A DNA stretch of 64,000 nucleotides, taken from assembly GCA_964343495.1 (NCBI GenBank), contig CAYFJS010000001.1, positions 4,475 through 68,474 of the forward strand, given 5' to 3'. This DNA comes from an uncultured Acidimicrobium sp. (GTDB taxonomy: Bacteria > Actinomycetota > Acidimicrobiia > Acidimicrobiales > Ilumatobacteraceae). The translations under genes were made by a program, and so were the position numbers. Below, piece by piece: positions 46,797-56,391 of this stretch (the first letter of the stretch is position 1; each line of letters begins with the position of its first letter). Below the pieces are notes generated by a model, which ran no database searches, was not told the DNA's origin, and saw only the letters and a program-made list of their open reading frames with translations.

Positions 46797-47287
46797 GCGG
46801 GGACGAGATTCGCGACTCCCTTCCGGAGGATCTCGACGTCTCGGCATTCGTCGGCCCATATCAATTCCCTGACAACTCGCGTCGGAAGATTCCAGCGGTC
46901 ATCTATGCGGTGGTTGCGGTCGTACTTCTTGCGTTGTGGCTGACATCGCGCGACAGCGGGTCGGGTCTCGTGAACGACGGGATGTTGTATGCGGCCATCG
47001 GTCTCGCCGTCGTGGCTGGGTTCGTCTCCACCTCGGCGTGGAAGATGACGGTCAATGAGCGCGATGCTCTCGTGCGTGCGTCGAGGGCAGTCGATTTCCC
47101 CGTCGGTCATGCGTCGGCCCAGCAGGTGTGGCGTGGGCTTCGCAGCAGGCCGACCTGGCGAGTGCTCTGTTACAGCGCGGAAGAACCGCCGCTGAAGCGC
47201 GGACTCGTGCTTGTCGATGCCGTCGACGGCTCGGTCGTCGAGTGTCTCGTAGAGGCAAATCCCGATACGCACGATTCAGTAGGCTGA
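46793..47287 (+). CDS. membrane protein, unknown function
   Basis: Track ORF trimmed to ATG 46793, which overlaps the HIT TGA. It has two TM helices (IPAVIYAVVAVVLLALWL and LYAAIGLAVVAGFV) and a soluble tail of about 80 aa. Confidence 0.6.
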   Translation: MSGDEIRDSLPEDLDVSAFVGPYQFPDNSRRKIPAVIYAVVAVVLLALWLTSRDSGSGLVNDGMLYAAIGLAVVAGFVSTSAWKMTVNERDALVRASRAVDFPVGHASAQQVWRGLRSRPTWRVLCYSAEEPPLKRGLVLVDAVDGSVVECLVEANPDTHDSVG

Positions 47288-47292
47288 AGCCG

Positions 47293-47982
47293 ATGTTTGA
47301 CGGTCGCTTTCGCGTCCAAGTGGAAAAGGTCGTGCGTCCCGTCGGTGAGACGCTCCGCAAGACCGGACTTTCGCCCGACCATCTGACGCTCCTCGGGATG
47401 CTCGTCGCGGTTGCGGCGGCGGTGTCTATCGGCGCAGGGGCCCTGCAGCTCGGATTGTTGCTCGTCATCTGTTCGGCGTTGCCGGACCTTCTCGATGGTG
47501 CACTCGCGAAGGCGTCGAATTCTGCGAGCCAGCGCGGGGCGTTCTTCGACTCCGTGGTCGACAGGGTCACCGATGCGCTGCTCTTCGGCGGAGTCGCGTG
47601 GTATTTCGCCACCACCAAGGACCCCCGTTGGTCGCTCGTGCCGTTCGCGGTCATGGGTGTGTCGATGCTCATTTCCTATGAGCGTGCGAAGGCGGAGTCC
47701 CTCGGCTTGAACGCCAAGGGTGGATTGATGGAGCGTGCGGAGCGCATCATCGTCCTGTGCGTCGGATTGCTCTTCGAGTCGCTGATCGTGTGGATCATGG
47801 TCGCGATGCTCCTGCTTGTGACGATGACCGCGGTCCAGCGGTTCGTAAAGGTGTGGCGACAGGCTGCAGTCGCGCCGACCGTCGCAGAACGGATCGAGGT
47901 GCGACGCAGTCGTCGTGCGTCGCGCCGGGCCCGACGCGACGATTATCGGGCACGATTCGCGCGGCGCAAGCGACTTTCGTAG
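47293..47982 (+). CDS. pgsA: CDP-alcohol phosphatidyltransferase (phosphatidylinositol-phosphate synthase PgsA1-like)
   Basis: Track ORF trimmed to ATG 47293. It has the CDP-alcohol motif DLLDGALAK...GAFFDSVVDRVTD. It sits in the thrS-HIT-pgsA1-acyltransferase-pimA synteny known from mycobacteria. Confidence 0.85.
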   Translation: MFDGRFRVQVEKVVRPVGETLRKTGLSPDHLTLLGMLVAVAAAVSIGAGALQLGLLLVICSALPDLLDGALAKASNSASQRGAFFDSVVDRVTDALLFGGVAWYFATTKDPRWSLVPFAVMGVSMLISYERAKAESLGLNAKGGLMERAERIIVLCVGLLFESLIVWIMVAMLLLVTMTAVQRFVKVWRQAAVAPTVAERIEVRRSRRASRRARRDDYRARFARRKRLS

Positions 47983-47994
47983 TAGACCGCCGTC

Positions 47995-48912
47995 GTGGAT
48001 GACGCACGTCGCAGCGGCAACGATGCGCTGACCACCGCCGGTTATCGGCTCGCATCACTGGCGGCAAAACTCAGTCCGACTCCCATCCTCTCGGGCACGG
48101 CTTTCGCGCTGTCCGGTCCGCTTGCCCTCGCGATGCGTTCCAAGCGCCACATGGTCGAGCGGCACCTACGGCGCATCTTGCCGACTGCCTCGTCATTGAC
48201 CATCCGCCAACTGACGCAGGCTTCCTTCGAGAGCTATGCGCGGTATTACCTCGAGACGTTTCGCCTTTCCCAGATTCCGATGCGCCGAATCAATCAGGCG
48301 TTCACCGTCGAGGGCATGGAACACATCGAGCGCAGTGCTGAAGCTGGCAAGGGAACGATCCTTGCCCTTCCGCACCTCGGAGGATGGGAATGGGCGGGAA
48401 GATGGCTTGTCGGTCAGGGCTACACCTTGACCGCCGTCGTCGAGCGTCTGGACAACGAGGACCTCTTCGACTGGTTCCTCGGGGTGAGGAAGGAATTGGG
48501 GTTCAACATCATTCCGCTCGATGATCGAGCGGGTATCGCCGTCAACGAGGCGTTGCGAGAGAACCACGTGGTGGCGCTTCTGTGTGATCGTGACATCCCC
48601 AGAGATGGTGTGCGCAACGGTGCGCAGGTGAGATTCTTCGGGGAAGCGACCTCCGTTCCGAGTGGACCGGCGTTCTTTGCATTGAGAACTGGTGCGCCAA
48701 TCGTTCCGCTCGCGACGTACTTCACCAACCGTCTTGATGGACATCATGCGGTCGTTCGTCCGGCCATCCACGGCCAACGCGAAGGCTCGTTGCGTGACGA
48801 CGTCACTCGGATCTCGCAGATCGTCACGAGTGAGATCGAGTCCCTGATCAGGCGAGCCCCCGAACAGTGGCACCTCTTCCAGCCGAATTGGCCGAGCGAC
48901 CCCGGCTACTGA
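47995..48912 (+). CDS. lauroyl/myristoyl (HtrB/LpxL-family) acyltransferase, PIM acyltransferase PatA-like
   Basis: 305 aa with a GTG start. It sits in the syntenic position after pgsA1. LpxL-family features are LPHLGGWEWAG and LCDRDI. Confidence 0.8.
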   Translation: MDDARRSGNDALTTAGYRLASLAAKLSPTPILSGTAFALSGPLALAMRSKRHMVERHLRRILPTASSLTIRQLTQASFESYARYYLETFRLSQIPMRRINQAFTVEGMEHIERSAEAGKGTILALPHLGGWEWAGRWLVGQGYTLTAVVERLDNEDLFDWFLGVRKELGFNIIPLDDRAGIAVNEALRENHVVALLCDRDIPRDGVRNGAQVRFFGEATSVPSGPAFFALRTGAPIVPLATYFTNRLDGHHAVVRPAIHGQREGSLRDDVTRISQIVTSEIESLIRRAPEQWHLFQPNWPSDPGY

Positions 48913-49829
48913 TACGCGGCGAACAACTCGCCGATGGCCTTCGCCTGGCCGCCACTCGTCGAGGACATCACCGCGATCGGCTGGACGCCGGTTGCAGCCC
49001 ACGCTTCGAGTCGATCTCGCACGTGGGCGGGCGGTCCTGAAATCGTGCAGTCATCCAGCCACGCATCGCTCATCGTTGCCACAAGCGCCTCACCGAGCGA
49101 TTCCTTCGGCGAGGTCGCAATCGTGGCCTCGAGTGCATCCATCTCTGCCACGTAGCCGGCGGCCCGCCAGTAATTGCGATAGTTGGGAAGAATGACGTAG
49201 CCGGTGAGCGTCTTGCGATTCACCGCTCGTGCAGCGTTCACGTCATCGTCGATGACTGTCGGGATCATGTTCGACAGCGTGAAGCCGTCGCGAGCATTCG
49301 CGGTTGCCGCAACTTGGCGCGGGATGGCGCTCAACGCAGCATTCGCCCAGATTGCGCCATCGGCGATGCGCATGGCGAGTGCGAGCATCTTGTCGCGCAG
49401 GGTGGCGAGGAGAATCGGCGGAAGTGCGCCGCTGAAGCGTTCATTTGCGCGCATCTGCTCGACGTAACGCTCGATGTCGGAGAGCGGTCGCGCAACCTCG
49501 ACACCGAGCCGTTTCGTCACCGGTGCATGGCTCACCCCGAGGCCGAGCGAGAACCGACCGCCGGAGATCTCGTGGATGTGTGCTGCGGTGTTGCCGAGTT
49601 CGAACGGATGGTTGTAATAGATCGGCTGAATCGACGTCCAGAATCTGATCGTCGACGTTTCGTGTGCAAGTGAAGTGCAGAGCGACATCGTCGCACCGAG
49701 GCTCGGGCACGCGATTCCTGCGAACCCGCGACGTTCGATCTCAACGGCCAGCTCGATCATCGCGCGCCGTTTCGTCGGCGTGGCGACGAGGCTCACCGCC
49801 GGTCTGGGAGAAGTAGCGCGTGTGTTCAT
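48906..49829 (-). CDS. LLM-class (luciferase-like) flavin/F420-dependent oxidoreductase
   Basis: 307 aa. It has luciferase-like TIM-barrel segments (GRFSLGLGVSH). It is convergent with patA (7-nt overlap) and divergent from pimA. Confidence 0.8.
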   Translation of the reverse strand: MNTRATSPRPAVSLVATPTKRRAMIELAVEIERRGFAGIACPSLGATMSLCTSLAHETSTIRFWTSIQPIYYNHPFELGNTAAHIHEISGGRFSLGLGVSHAPVTKRLGVEVARPLSDIERYVEQMRANERFSGALPPILLATLRDKMLALAMRIADGAIWANAALSAIPRQVAATANARDGFTLSNMIPTVIDDDVNAARAVNRKTLTGYVILPNYRNYWRAAGYVAEMDALEATIATSPKESLGEALVATMSDAWLDDCTISGPPAHVRDRLEAWAATGVQPIAVMSSTSGGQAKAIGELFAAYQ

Positions 49830-49876
49830 CTGCTGTCGTTTCCTTCGTTCGTCGGCCTACCGTATACGAGGTGGAC

Positions 49877-51043
49877 ATGCTGCGCGTCGCGATGGTCAGT
49901 CCGTACAGCATCTCAATTCCCGGTGGCGTTCAAGCCCAAGTGCTCGGTCTCGCGCGCGAGATGCGACGACTCGGCCACGAAGTGCGCGTCCTTGCGCCGT
50001 GTGACGGTCCGCCGCCGGAGCCGTTCGTTACGCCGCTTGGCAACAGTTTGCCGGCGAGTGCGAACGGCTCGGTCGCACCCCTCGCCCCGGACCCGTCCGC
50101 CGCGTTGCGCACGATCCGTGCCCTGAACGATGAGGCGTTCGATGTCATCCACTTGCACGAGCCGCTCGTTCCCGGGCCCACGGTCACGGCGCTCCTGCTC
50201 CAACTCGCGCCGACGGTGGGCACGTTCCATTCCGCGGGGGAGTCTGCGGCCTATCGGGTGTTGACGAAGACCGCTCGCTGGGGTGCGGATCATCTCTCCA
50301 CGCGCGTCGCAGTTTCGGAAGCGGCACAGGAATTAGCGCAGCGATACCTCGGCGGCGACTACACCATCTTGTTCAACGGCATCGAGATCGATCGCTATCT
50401 CCGTACTGACGTCAAGCGAGTCGATGAGCCGACGATCTTCTTCTGCGGTCGCTACGAACCACGAAAGGGTTTGGAAGTTCTCCTCGAGGCGATGCGCCAC
50501 GTGCCGCGCGACGTTCGCCTGTGGGTCGCTTCCGACGGGGTTGGGATCGATGACCTGCGCAATACCTACGGTGGGGACGAACGCATTTCGTGGCTCGGCC
50601 GAATCACCGAACAAGACAAGCTCGATCGTCTCGCCACGTGCTCGGTCTTTTGTGCGCCGTCGTTGCGTGGCGAATCCTTCGGCATCGTCCTCCTCGAGGC
50701 GATGGCAGCAGGCGCCCCTCTCGTCGCGAGTGATATCGATGGGTATCGAAACGTCGCCCTGCACGAGGAAAACGCCTTGCTCGTCCCGCCCGGGAACGCA
50801 GGTGCCCTTGGCGCGGCACTCACGTCGTTGCTCACCGACGGTGAGCTCCGCGAGCGCCTCGTGCGCGGTGGTCGTCAGCGAGCGGAGACGTTTTCGATGA
50901 CGTCCCTCGCACATCGGTACATCGATATCTATCGTCACCTCTTGCAGGCGGAAGCGGATCGTGAACTCGTCCTGCCACAGAATCGGTTCGTGACGATGTT
51001 CCAAGATCGCGTTCTTCGGCGCTCACGGGCCGTCGAACGCTGA
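49877..51043 (+). CDS. pimA: GT4 glycosyltransferase, phosphatidylinositol alpha-mannosyltransferase PimA-like
   Basis: Track ORF trimmed to ATG 49877 (MLRVAMVSPYSISIPGGVQAQVLGLAREM). It is collinear by eye with M. tuberculosis PimA, including GESFGIVLLEAMAAG. Confidence 0.85.
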   Translation: MLRVAMVSPYSISIPGGVQAQVLGLAREMRRLGHEVRVLAPCDGPPPEPFVTPLGNSLPASANGSVAPLAPDPSAALRTIRALNDEAFDVIHLHEPLVPGPTVTALLLQLAPTVGTFHSAGESAAYRVLTKTARWGADHLSTRVAVSEAAQELAQRYLGGDYTILFNGIEIDRYLRTDVKRVDEPTIFFCGRYEPRKGLEVLLEAMRHVPRDVRLWVASDGVGIDDLRNTYGGDERISWLGRITEQDKLDRLATCSVFCAPSLRGESFGIVLLEAMAAGAPLVASDIDGYRNVALHEENALLVPPGNAGALGAALTSLLTDGELRERLVRGGRQRAETFSMTSLAHRYIDIYRHLLQAEADRELVLPQNRFVTMFQDRVLRRSRAVER

Positions 51044-51061
51044 AGCCTGAACTCTCAGGCT
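51044..51061 (+). terminator. short hairpin immediately after the pimA stop (possible I-shaped terminator)
   Basis: AGCCTGA-actc-TCAGGCT forms a 7-bp stem. No U-tract follows. Confidence 0.25.
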
Positions 51062-51087
51062 CAGTCGGTCGGTCGTAGGATGGTTGC

Positions 51088-51648
51088 ATGAACACCCTCC
51101 TCATCGTCATCGTGGTCGTCGCCCTCATCGGTGTCGCGGTGATTGCGCTCTATAACCAACTCGTGCGTCGGCGCATCGAAGTCGACAACTCATGGTCCCA
51201 GATCGACGTCCAGCTGAAGCGAAGGCTCGACCTCATCCCGAACCTTGTCGAGACGGTGAAGGGCTATGCCAACCACGAGCGGGTTGCTCTCGAGGCGGTG
51301 ATTTCCGCGCGCAGTGCATCACTTGCTGCTGGTTCGACGCCACACGAACAGGCCGCTGCAGACGGCGTCCTCAGCGGTGCATTACGCCAGCTGTTTGCAC
51401 TCTCCGAGGCGTATCCGGACCTGAAGGCCAACGCCAGTTTCGTCTCGTTGCAGGAGGAGTTGTCGAACACCGAGAGCCGAATCGCATATGCGCGTCAGTT
51501 CTACGGTGACTCGGTCGCCTCGTACAACACCGCGATCCAGAAGTTTCCGAACGTCGTCGTGGCAAGGATGTTCGGATTCACCGCACGTGAGTTCTTCGAG
51601 GCCGAACCCGCTGCCGCCACCGCACCGAGTGTGAACTTCGGTTCATGA
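51088..51648 (+). CDS. lemA: LemA family protein
   Basis: 186 aa. It has an N-terminal TM helix, then YNQLVRRRIEVDNSWSQIDVQLKRRLDLIPNLVETVKGYANHE, which is typical of LemA. Confidence 0.88.
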   Translation: MNTLLIVIVVVALIGVAVIALYNQLVRRRIEVDNSWSQIDVQLKRRLDLIPNLVETVKGYANHERVALEAVISARSASLAAGSTPHEQAAADGVLSGALRQLFALSEAYPDLKANASFVSLQEELSNTESRIAYARQFYGDSVASYNTAIQKFPNVVVARMFGFTAREFFEAEPAAATAPSVNFGS

Positions 51649-52553
51649 TGAACGATCTCATCGCGTCGAACAAGCGACGCACGGCTCTCCTCCTCATCGG
51701 ATTCGTCGTTCTGGTCGCCATCGTCGGAATTGCGGTCGGTTCGCTCGCGGGTAGTGGAACGAATGGGCTCATTGTCGCCTTCGTCATTTCCGCCGTCTTT
51801 GCGTTCGCGTCCTACTGGAAATCCGATTCAGTTGCCCTCGCCGTCAGCAGGGCGCATCCGGCTGATGAGGTGACCTACAAGCGCCTGCACAACCTCGTCG
51901 AGGGACTGTGTATCGCGAGCGGTCTCCCGAAGCCAAGGGTGTTCGTGATCGAAGATTCTGCACCGAACGCCTTTGCCACGGGTCGTAACCCCAAGCATGC
52001 GGCGATCGCAGTGACGACCGGCCTCCTCGACACGATGAATCGAGTCGAACTCGAGGGCGTCATCGCGCACGAGCTGTCGCACATCAAGAACTACGACATC
52101 CTCGTTTCGACGCTCGCGGTGACGCTCGTCGGAACAATCGCCCTGATCACCGACATCACCCTGCGGATGATGTGGTGGAACGGTGGGCGAGTGCACCGCA
52201 GTGGGGACCGCAATGATCGCGGGAACCCGCTCGCGCTCCTCGGAATCGTGCTCCTCATCGTGGCTCCGTTGATCGGCAAGATCATGCAGGCGACGGTCAG
52301 CCGTCGCCGGGAAACGCTTGCCGATGTCTCGGCCGTCCGCATGACTCGCTACCCACCGGGCTTGATTGCCGCCCTCGAGAAACTGCAGGCCGATTCGACG
52401 GTTACACATTCCGCCAGCATGGCGACGGCCCATATGTGGATCGAGCAGCCGCTGTCCGGAGTGAATGACACGGGCCGACTTGGCGCGTGGCATAAACTTT
52501 TCCAGACCCACCCACCACTTGCCGAGCGAATTGCTCTGCTGAGGGAGATCTAG
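51645..52553 (+). CDS. htpX: M48-family zinc metalloprotease HtpX
   Basis: 302 aa. Its ATG overlaps the lemA TGA. It has TM helices and the HEXXH motif (IAHELSHIKNYD). Confidence 0.9.
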   Translation: MMNDLIASNKRRTALLLIGFVVLVAIVGIAVGSLAGSGTNGLIVAFVISAVFAFASYWKSDSVALAVSRAHPADEVTYKRLHNLVEGLCIASGLPKPRVFVIEDSAPNAFATGRNPKHAAIAVTTGLLDTMNRVELEGVIAHELSHIKNYDILVSTLAVTLVGTIALITDITLRMMWWNGGRVHRSGDRNDRGNPLALLGIVLLIVAPLIGKIMQATVSRRRETLADVSAVRMTRYPPGLIAALEKLQADSTVTHSASMATAHMWIEQPLSGVNDTGRLGAWHKLFQTHPPLAERIALLREI

Positions 52554-52556
52554 ATC

Positions 52557-53594
52557 ATGTCTCGTCGTGTCGTCGTGTGTTCTGCTCTCATCGCGTCCCT
52601 CGGGCTTGCAGCGTGCAGCGGCTCTGGTTCCTCCAGCGACACCGCGACGCCCGTCACGCAGGCCCCGACGACCACCGTTGCGGAGGTCGTGTATCCGCTG
52701 ACGGGACTTCCGGTGGAAGATGATGCGATCGCGCAGCGTCCCGCGATGGTGGTCAAGATCGACAATCATCCGTCGGCGCGACCACAGGACGGCATCAATC
52801 AGGCCGACATCATCTTCGAGGAGAACGTCGAGAAGCTGACGCGATTTGCTGCGGTCTTCCACAGTGAAGGCTCCGACCCAGTTGGTCCGATTCGTAGCGG
52901 TCGTTTCCAGGACATCAACTTGCTCGGGTCGCTGAACAAGCCGCTGTTCGTGTGGAGCGGTGGCAACGCGAAGGTGAGTGCGGCAATCCAGGATTCGGAT
53001 CTCGTCGATCTGAGCTGGACGATCGCCAACAAGGACGGCGGATTCAGGCGCGATGACGAGCGAACCGCGCCACACAACTTGATCGCCGAGACGACGAAAT
53101 TGTGGACGCTCGCGCCGAGCGGTTCGAAGCCACCGGCACAGCAGTTCGTCTACCGAGGGGTGAGCGACGCGAATGCCTCGACTTCGAAGGACACCGATGG
53201 CGTCAAGATCTCGATGGACGGCGTGAGGGTGCACTGGCTGTGGGACAGCGCCACGAAAGAATTCCAGCGATTCTCCGACGACAAGCCCCACATGGGCTCG
53301 GATGACCAACAGTTGTCCGTGCCCAACGTGGTCGTGCTCGAAGTCGAGTACTCCAACAACTACAGCCCGACGTCCAAGACGATCGGTACCGGCAAGGCGT
53401 ACGTCTTCACCAACGGCGTGATGTACGAGGGCAAGTGGACGCGCGACGATCGGCTGAAGCCGTTCGAGCTCACCGACTCGGCGGGGGCGCCCATCAAGTT
53501 GACGCCTGGGCAGACGTTCGTCGAGGTGGCGCGCGCGGCAAAGACGGCGGTCGTTGCTCCGGGCGTCGACCCCGAAACGGTCAAGTACCCGTAA
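52557..53594 (+). CDS. DUF3048 domain lipoprotein
   Basis: 345 aa. It has a lipobox (SLGLAAC). Segments typical of DUF3048 are [35 protein letters not shown] and HNL. Confidence 0.75.
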   Translation: MSRRVVVCSALIASLGLAACSGSGSSSDTATPVTQAPTTTVAEVVYPLTGLPVEDDAIAQRPAMVVKIDNHPSARPQDGINQADIIFEENVEKLTRFAAVFHSEGSDPVGPIRSGRFQDINLLGSLNKPLFVWSGGNAKVSAAIQDSDLVDLSWTIANKDGGFRRDDERTAPHNLIAETTKLWTLAPSGSKPPAQQFVYRGVSDANASTSKDTDGVKISMDGVRVHWLWDSATKEFQRFSDDKPHMGSDDQQLSVPNVVVLEVEYSNNYSPTSKTIGTGKAYVFTNGVMYEGKWTRDDRLKPFELTDSAGAPIKLTPGQTFVEVARAAKTAVVAPGVDPETVKYP

Positions 53595-53643
53595 TTGCAG
53601 CACGGCTGAAGCAACGAGAGCCGGCCTCGGTACGCTTGAACGC

Positions 53644-54531
53644 ATGACTTCGCACTCCTCAACCGGTTCGATGAAGGTCAAGCGTGGCTTGGCCGAGATG
53701 CTCAAGGGCGGCGTGATCATGGACGTCGTCACGCCGGAGCAGGCCAAGATCGCCGAGGATGCAGGTGCGACTGCGGTCATGGCCCTCGAGCGTGTGCCGG
53801 CAGACATCCGTCGCGACGGGGGTGTCGCCCGAATGAGCGACCCCGAGATGATCGAGGGAATCAAGGCCGCGGTTTCGATTCCCGTGATGGCCAAGGCCCG
53901 TATCGGGCACTTCGTGGAGGCTCAGATTCTCGAATCGCTCGGGGTCGACTTCATCGACGAGTCGGAGGTCCTCACACCCGCAGATGAAACACACCACATC
54001 GACAAGTTCGCCTTTACCGCGCCGTTCGTGTGCGGAGCCACGAACTTGGGCGAAGCTCTTCGCCGAGTGAGTGAAGGCGCTGCGTTGATCCGCTCGAAGG
54101 GCGAGGCTGGCACGGGCAACGTGGTCGAGGCGGTACGCCACCTGCGCAACATCATCGGAGACATCCGCAAAATCACCCAGGCGGACTCTGCGGAACTCTT
54201 CGACTGGGCCAAGCGACTGTCGGCGCCACTGCCACTCGTCCAAGAGGTCGCCGAGACTGGCTGGTTGCAGGTCCCGATCTTCTGCGCGGGTGGAATTGCC
54301 ACTCCTGCCGATGCCGCACTTGCGATGCAACTCGGTGCCGAGGCGGTGTTCGTTGGCTCGGGCATCTTCAAGAGCGACAACCCATCCCCGCGGGCAAAGG
54401 CGATCGTCGAGGCCACCACACACTTCCGTGATCCGCACATCCTCGCCAAGGTCAGTCGCAATCTCGGAGCGCCGATGACCGGAATCGGAATGGACGAGAT
54501 CAATCAGAAGTACGCGGAGCGTGGTTGGTGA
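53644..54531 (+). CDS. pdxS: pyridoxal 5'-phosphate synthase, lyase subunit PdxS
   Basis: Track ORF trimmed to ATG 53644. Matching segments are [38 protein letters not shown] and [14 protein letters not shown]. Confidence 0.95.
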   Translation: MTSHSSTGSMKVKRGLAEMLKGGVIMDVVTPEQAKIAEDAGATAVMALERVPADIRRDGGVARMSDPEMIEGIKAAVSIPVMAKARIGHFVEAQILESLGVDFIDESEVLTPADETHHIDKFAFTAPFVCGATNLGEALRRVSEGAALIRSKGEAGTGNVVEAVRHLRNIIGDIRKITQADSAELFDWAKRLSAPLPLVQEVAETGWLQVPIFCAGGIATPADAALAMQLGAEAVFVGSGIFKSDNPSPRAKAIVEATTHFRDPHILAKVSRNLGAPMTGIGMDEINQKYAERGW

Positions 54532-54549
54532 ACGATTCGAGGCCTCCGG

Positions 54550-55131
54550 GTGAACGCGCTCATCGGCATTCTTGCGCTACAAGGAGCGTTTAGGGCCCAC
54601 GAGCTCGCACTGCATAAGTGCGGTGCACGAACCCAACAGGTGCGCACTCCTGACGATCTGGATCGCGTTGACGCCCTCGTCATGCCGGGGGGAGAGTCGA
54701 CGACGATGTCCCACCTGCTCACGACATCCAACTTGTTCGATCCCATCGCCAAGCGTCTGAGCGATGAGATGCCCGTTTTCGGAACGTGCGCCGGAATGAT
54801 CCTCCTCGCAGAGAACGTCTACGACGCTCGCCCCGATCAACGATCGTTTGCGGCCCTCGATATCGACGTTCGACGCAATGCGTACGGCAGGCAGATCGAC
54901 AGCTTCGAGTCTGACCTCACGGTTACCGACCTCGACGGCGCCTTCCACGCGGTGTTCATCCGCGCGCCACGCGTTGAGCGAATTGGCGCAGGCGTCGAGG
55001 TTCTCGCTGCTCATGACGGCGATCCCGTCCTCGTTCGTCAAGGCCGAATGCTGGCGGCTTCGTTCCATCCTGAGCTGACGCCCGACGCACGCATCCACGA
55101 ACGATTCCTGTCCATGGTCACGGAGGTATAG
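54550..55131 (+). CDS. pdxT: pyridoxal 5'-phosphate synthase, glutaminase subunit PdxT
   Basis: 193 aa with a GTG start. Matching segments are GILALQGAFRAHE, the nucleophile GTCAGMILLA and FHPELT. Confidence 0.93.
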   Translation: MNALIGILALQGAFRAHELALHKCGARTQQVRTPDDLDRVDALVMPGGESTTMSHLLTTSNLFDPIAKRLSDEMPVFGTCAGMILLAENVYDARPDQRSFAALDIDVRRNAYGRQIDSFESDLTVTDLDGAFHAVFIRAPRVERIGAGVEVLAAHDGDPVLVRQGRMLAASFHPELTPDARIHERFLSMVTEV

Positions 55132-55133
55132 CG

Positions 55134-55886
55134 ATGTCAGGACATTCCAAATGGGCGACGATCAAGCGCAAGAAGGGCGCAATCGACAAAGCGAAGGGGA
55201 AGACCTTCGCCAAGCTCGCGCGGCAACTCGAGGTTGCCACTCGCGAGGGAAGCAGTGGCGACGTGTCGAGCAACGCCGCGTTGCGCACGGTCGTGTCGAA
55301 GGCCAAGGCCGCGCACATGACGAACGACGCGATTGAACGTGCGATCAAGCGAGGGCTCGGCGAACAGAGCGGTGCGTCCTATGAATCGATCACCTACGAG
55401 GCCTACGCCCCGGGTGGTGTGGCGATGCTGATCGACGTGTTGACGGACAACCGCAATCGAACGGCATCCGACGTTCGATCGTTGTTCAGCAAATGGGGCG
55501 GAGCGATGGCCGAGCCAGGGTCGGTCGGCTGGCAATTCTCCCGCAAGGGCATCATCCAGGTCGGCAAGGAGGTGAGCGAAGACGACATCATGGTCGTCGC
55601 GCTCGACCATGGAGCGGACGACATCGTCGACGAGGGGGACAACTGGCGGGTGTCATGTGATTCGGCGACCGTGTTCGACCTGAAGACCGCTCTCGAGGCA
55701 GCTGGAATCGCGGTGCAGTCGGCAACCTCGACGATGGTGTCGTCGATGTCGGTTCCCGTAACGGATGCAGCAGTGGCGAAGTCGATCTTGCGGATCATGG
55801 ACGACCTCGAGGAAAACGACGACATCCAAGACGTGTACTCGAATTTCGACATGTCCGATGAACTGCTCAGCGAGGCGGCGTCATGA
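55134..55886 (+). CDS. yebC: YebC/PmpR family DNA-binding regulator
   Basis: 250 aa. The N-terminus is MSGHSKWATIKRKKGAIDKAKGKTFAKL. Confidence 0.93.
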   Translation: MSGHSKWATIKRKKGAIDKAKGKTFAKLARQLEVATREGSSGDVSSNAALRTVVSKAKAAHMTNDAIERAIKRGLGEQSGASYESITYEAYAPGGVAMLIDVLTDNRNRTASDVRSLFSKWGGAMAEPGSVGWQFSRKGIIQVGKEVSEDDIMVVALDHGADDIVDEGDNWRVSCDSATVFDLKTALEAAGIAVQSATSTMVSSMSVPVTDAAVAKSILRIMDDLEENDDIQDVYSNFDMSDELLSEAAS

Positions 55887-56338
55887 GCGTCAAAGTCGGC
55901 GACAAGGCTCCAGATTTTTCGCTACAGGGAACGGGCTCACGCGAGTACCGATTGAGCGAATATCTCGGCCAACCTGTCGTGATCGTTTTCTATCCGGGAG
56001 ACGGAACCCCGGTCTGCACAAAGCAATTGAATGAATACAACGACGGCCTCGAGCAGTTCGTCGGTCTCGGAGCTCAAGTGTTGGCGATCTCCTCCCAGGG
56101 AGTGGAGAGCAAGGAGGACTTCGCGAGCAAGAACGGATTCGGATTCCCGCTCCTGGCGGACGTCGACAAGACCGCAGCCAAGGCCTACGGCATCCTCGGC
56201 CCGCTCGGATTCCCCCGACGGTCGGTGTTCGTGGTCGATGCCAGCGGCATCATCCGCTACGTCCACCGGGCACTCGCGGGCGTCACCTATCGGCCGGTGG
56301 CCGAGCTGGTGGAGGCGATCAACGCCGCCCGCGGGTAG
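55883..56338 (+). CDS. bcp: thiol peroxidase / peroxiredoxin (Bcp-type)
   Basis: 151 aa. Its ATG overlaps the yebC TGA. The peroxidatic motif is YPGDGTPVCTKQL. Confidence 0.88.
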   Translation: MSVKVGDKAPDFSLQGTGSREYRLSEYLGQPVVIVFYPGDGTPVCTKQLNEYNDGLEQFVGLGAQVLAISSQGVESKEDFASKNGFGFPLLADVDKTAAKAYGILGPLGFPRRSVFVVDASGIIRYVHRALAGVTYRPVAELVEAINAARG

Positions 56339-56370
56339 GCATATGCCCCCACCGGGGAGCCTCCAGTCAC

Positions 56371-56391
56371 TACAATCAAACACATGTTCGC
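56371..56391 (+). promoter_or_regulatory. candidate leaderless ruvC promoter (-10 TACAAT) overlapped by a LexA-type box
   Basis: TACAAT lies at 56371-56376, with 7 nt between its last T and the A of the ruvC ATG (56384). TCAAACacatGTTCGC at 56376-56391 matches TCGAAC-N4-GTTCGA at 10 of 12 positions. Confidence 0.35.

Noticed and set aside
51828-53894. A 688-aa minus-strand ORF spanning htpX, DUF3048 and pdxS. Similar long antisense ORFs lie at 32684..34936 (750 aa), 22059..23390, 22070..23278, 10291..11487, 12162..13397 and 56..57 kb.
   Set aside because: All lie antisense to genes with unmistakable conserved motifs. Their composition is Arg/Gly/Asp/His-rich or Ser/Pro/Ala-rich with no recognisable domains. 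In high-GC DNA the reverse frames of real genes are naturally poor in stop codons.
56339-56383. I searched the ruvC, dnaE and dinB upstream regions for the actinobacterial RecA-independent (PafBC-type) damage promoter motif TGTCGGTG-N8-TANNNT.
   Set aside because: I found no convincing match. The closest is TGTCGTCTG at about 32556 upstream of dnaE, which lacks a properly spaced TANNNT. The dinB upstream spacer is only 16 nt.
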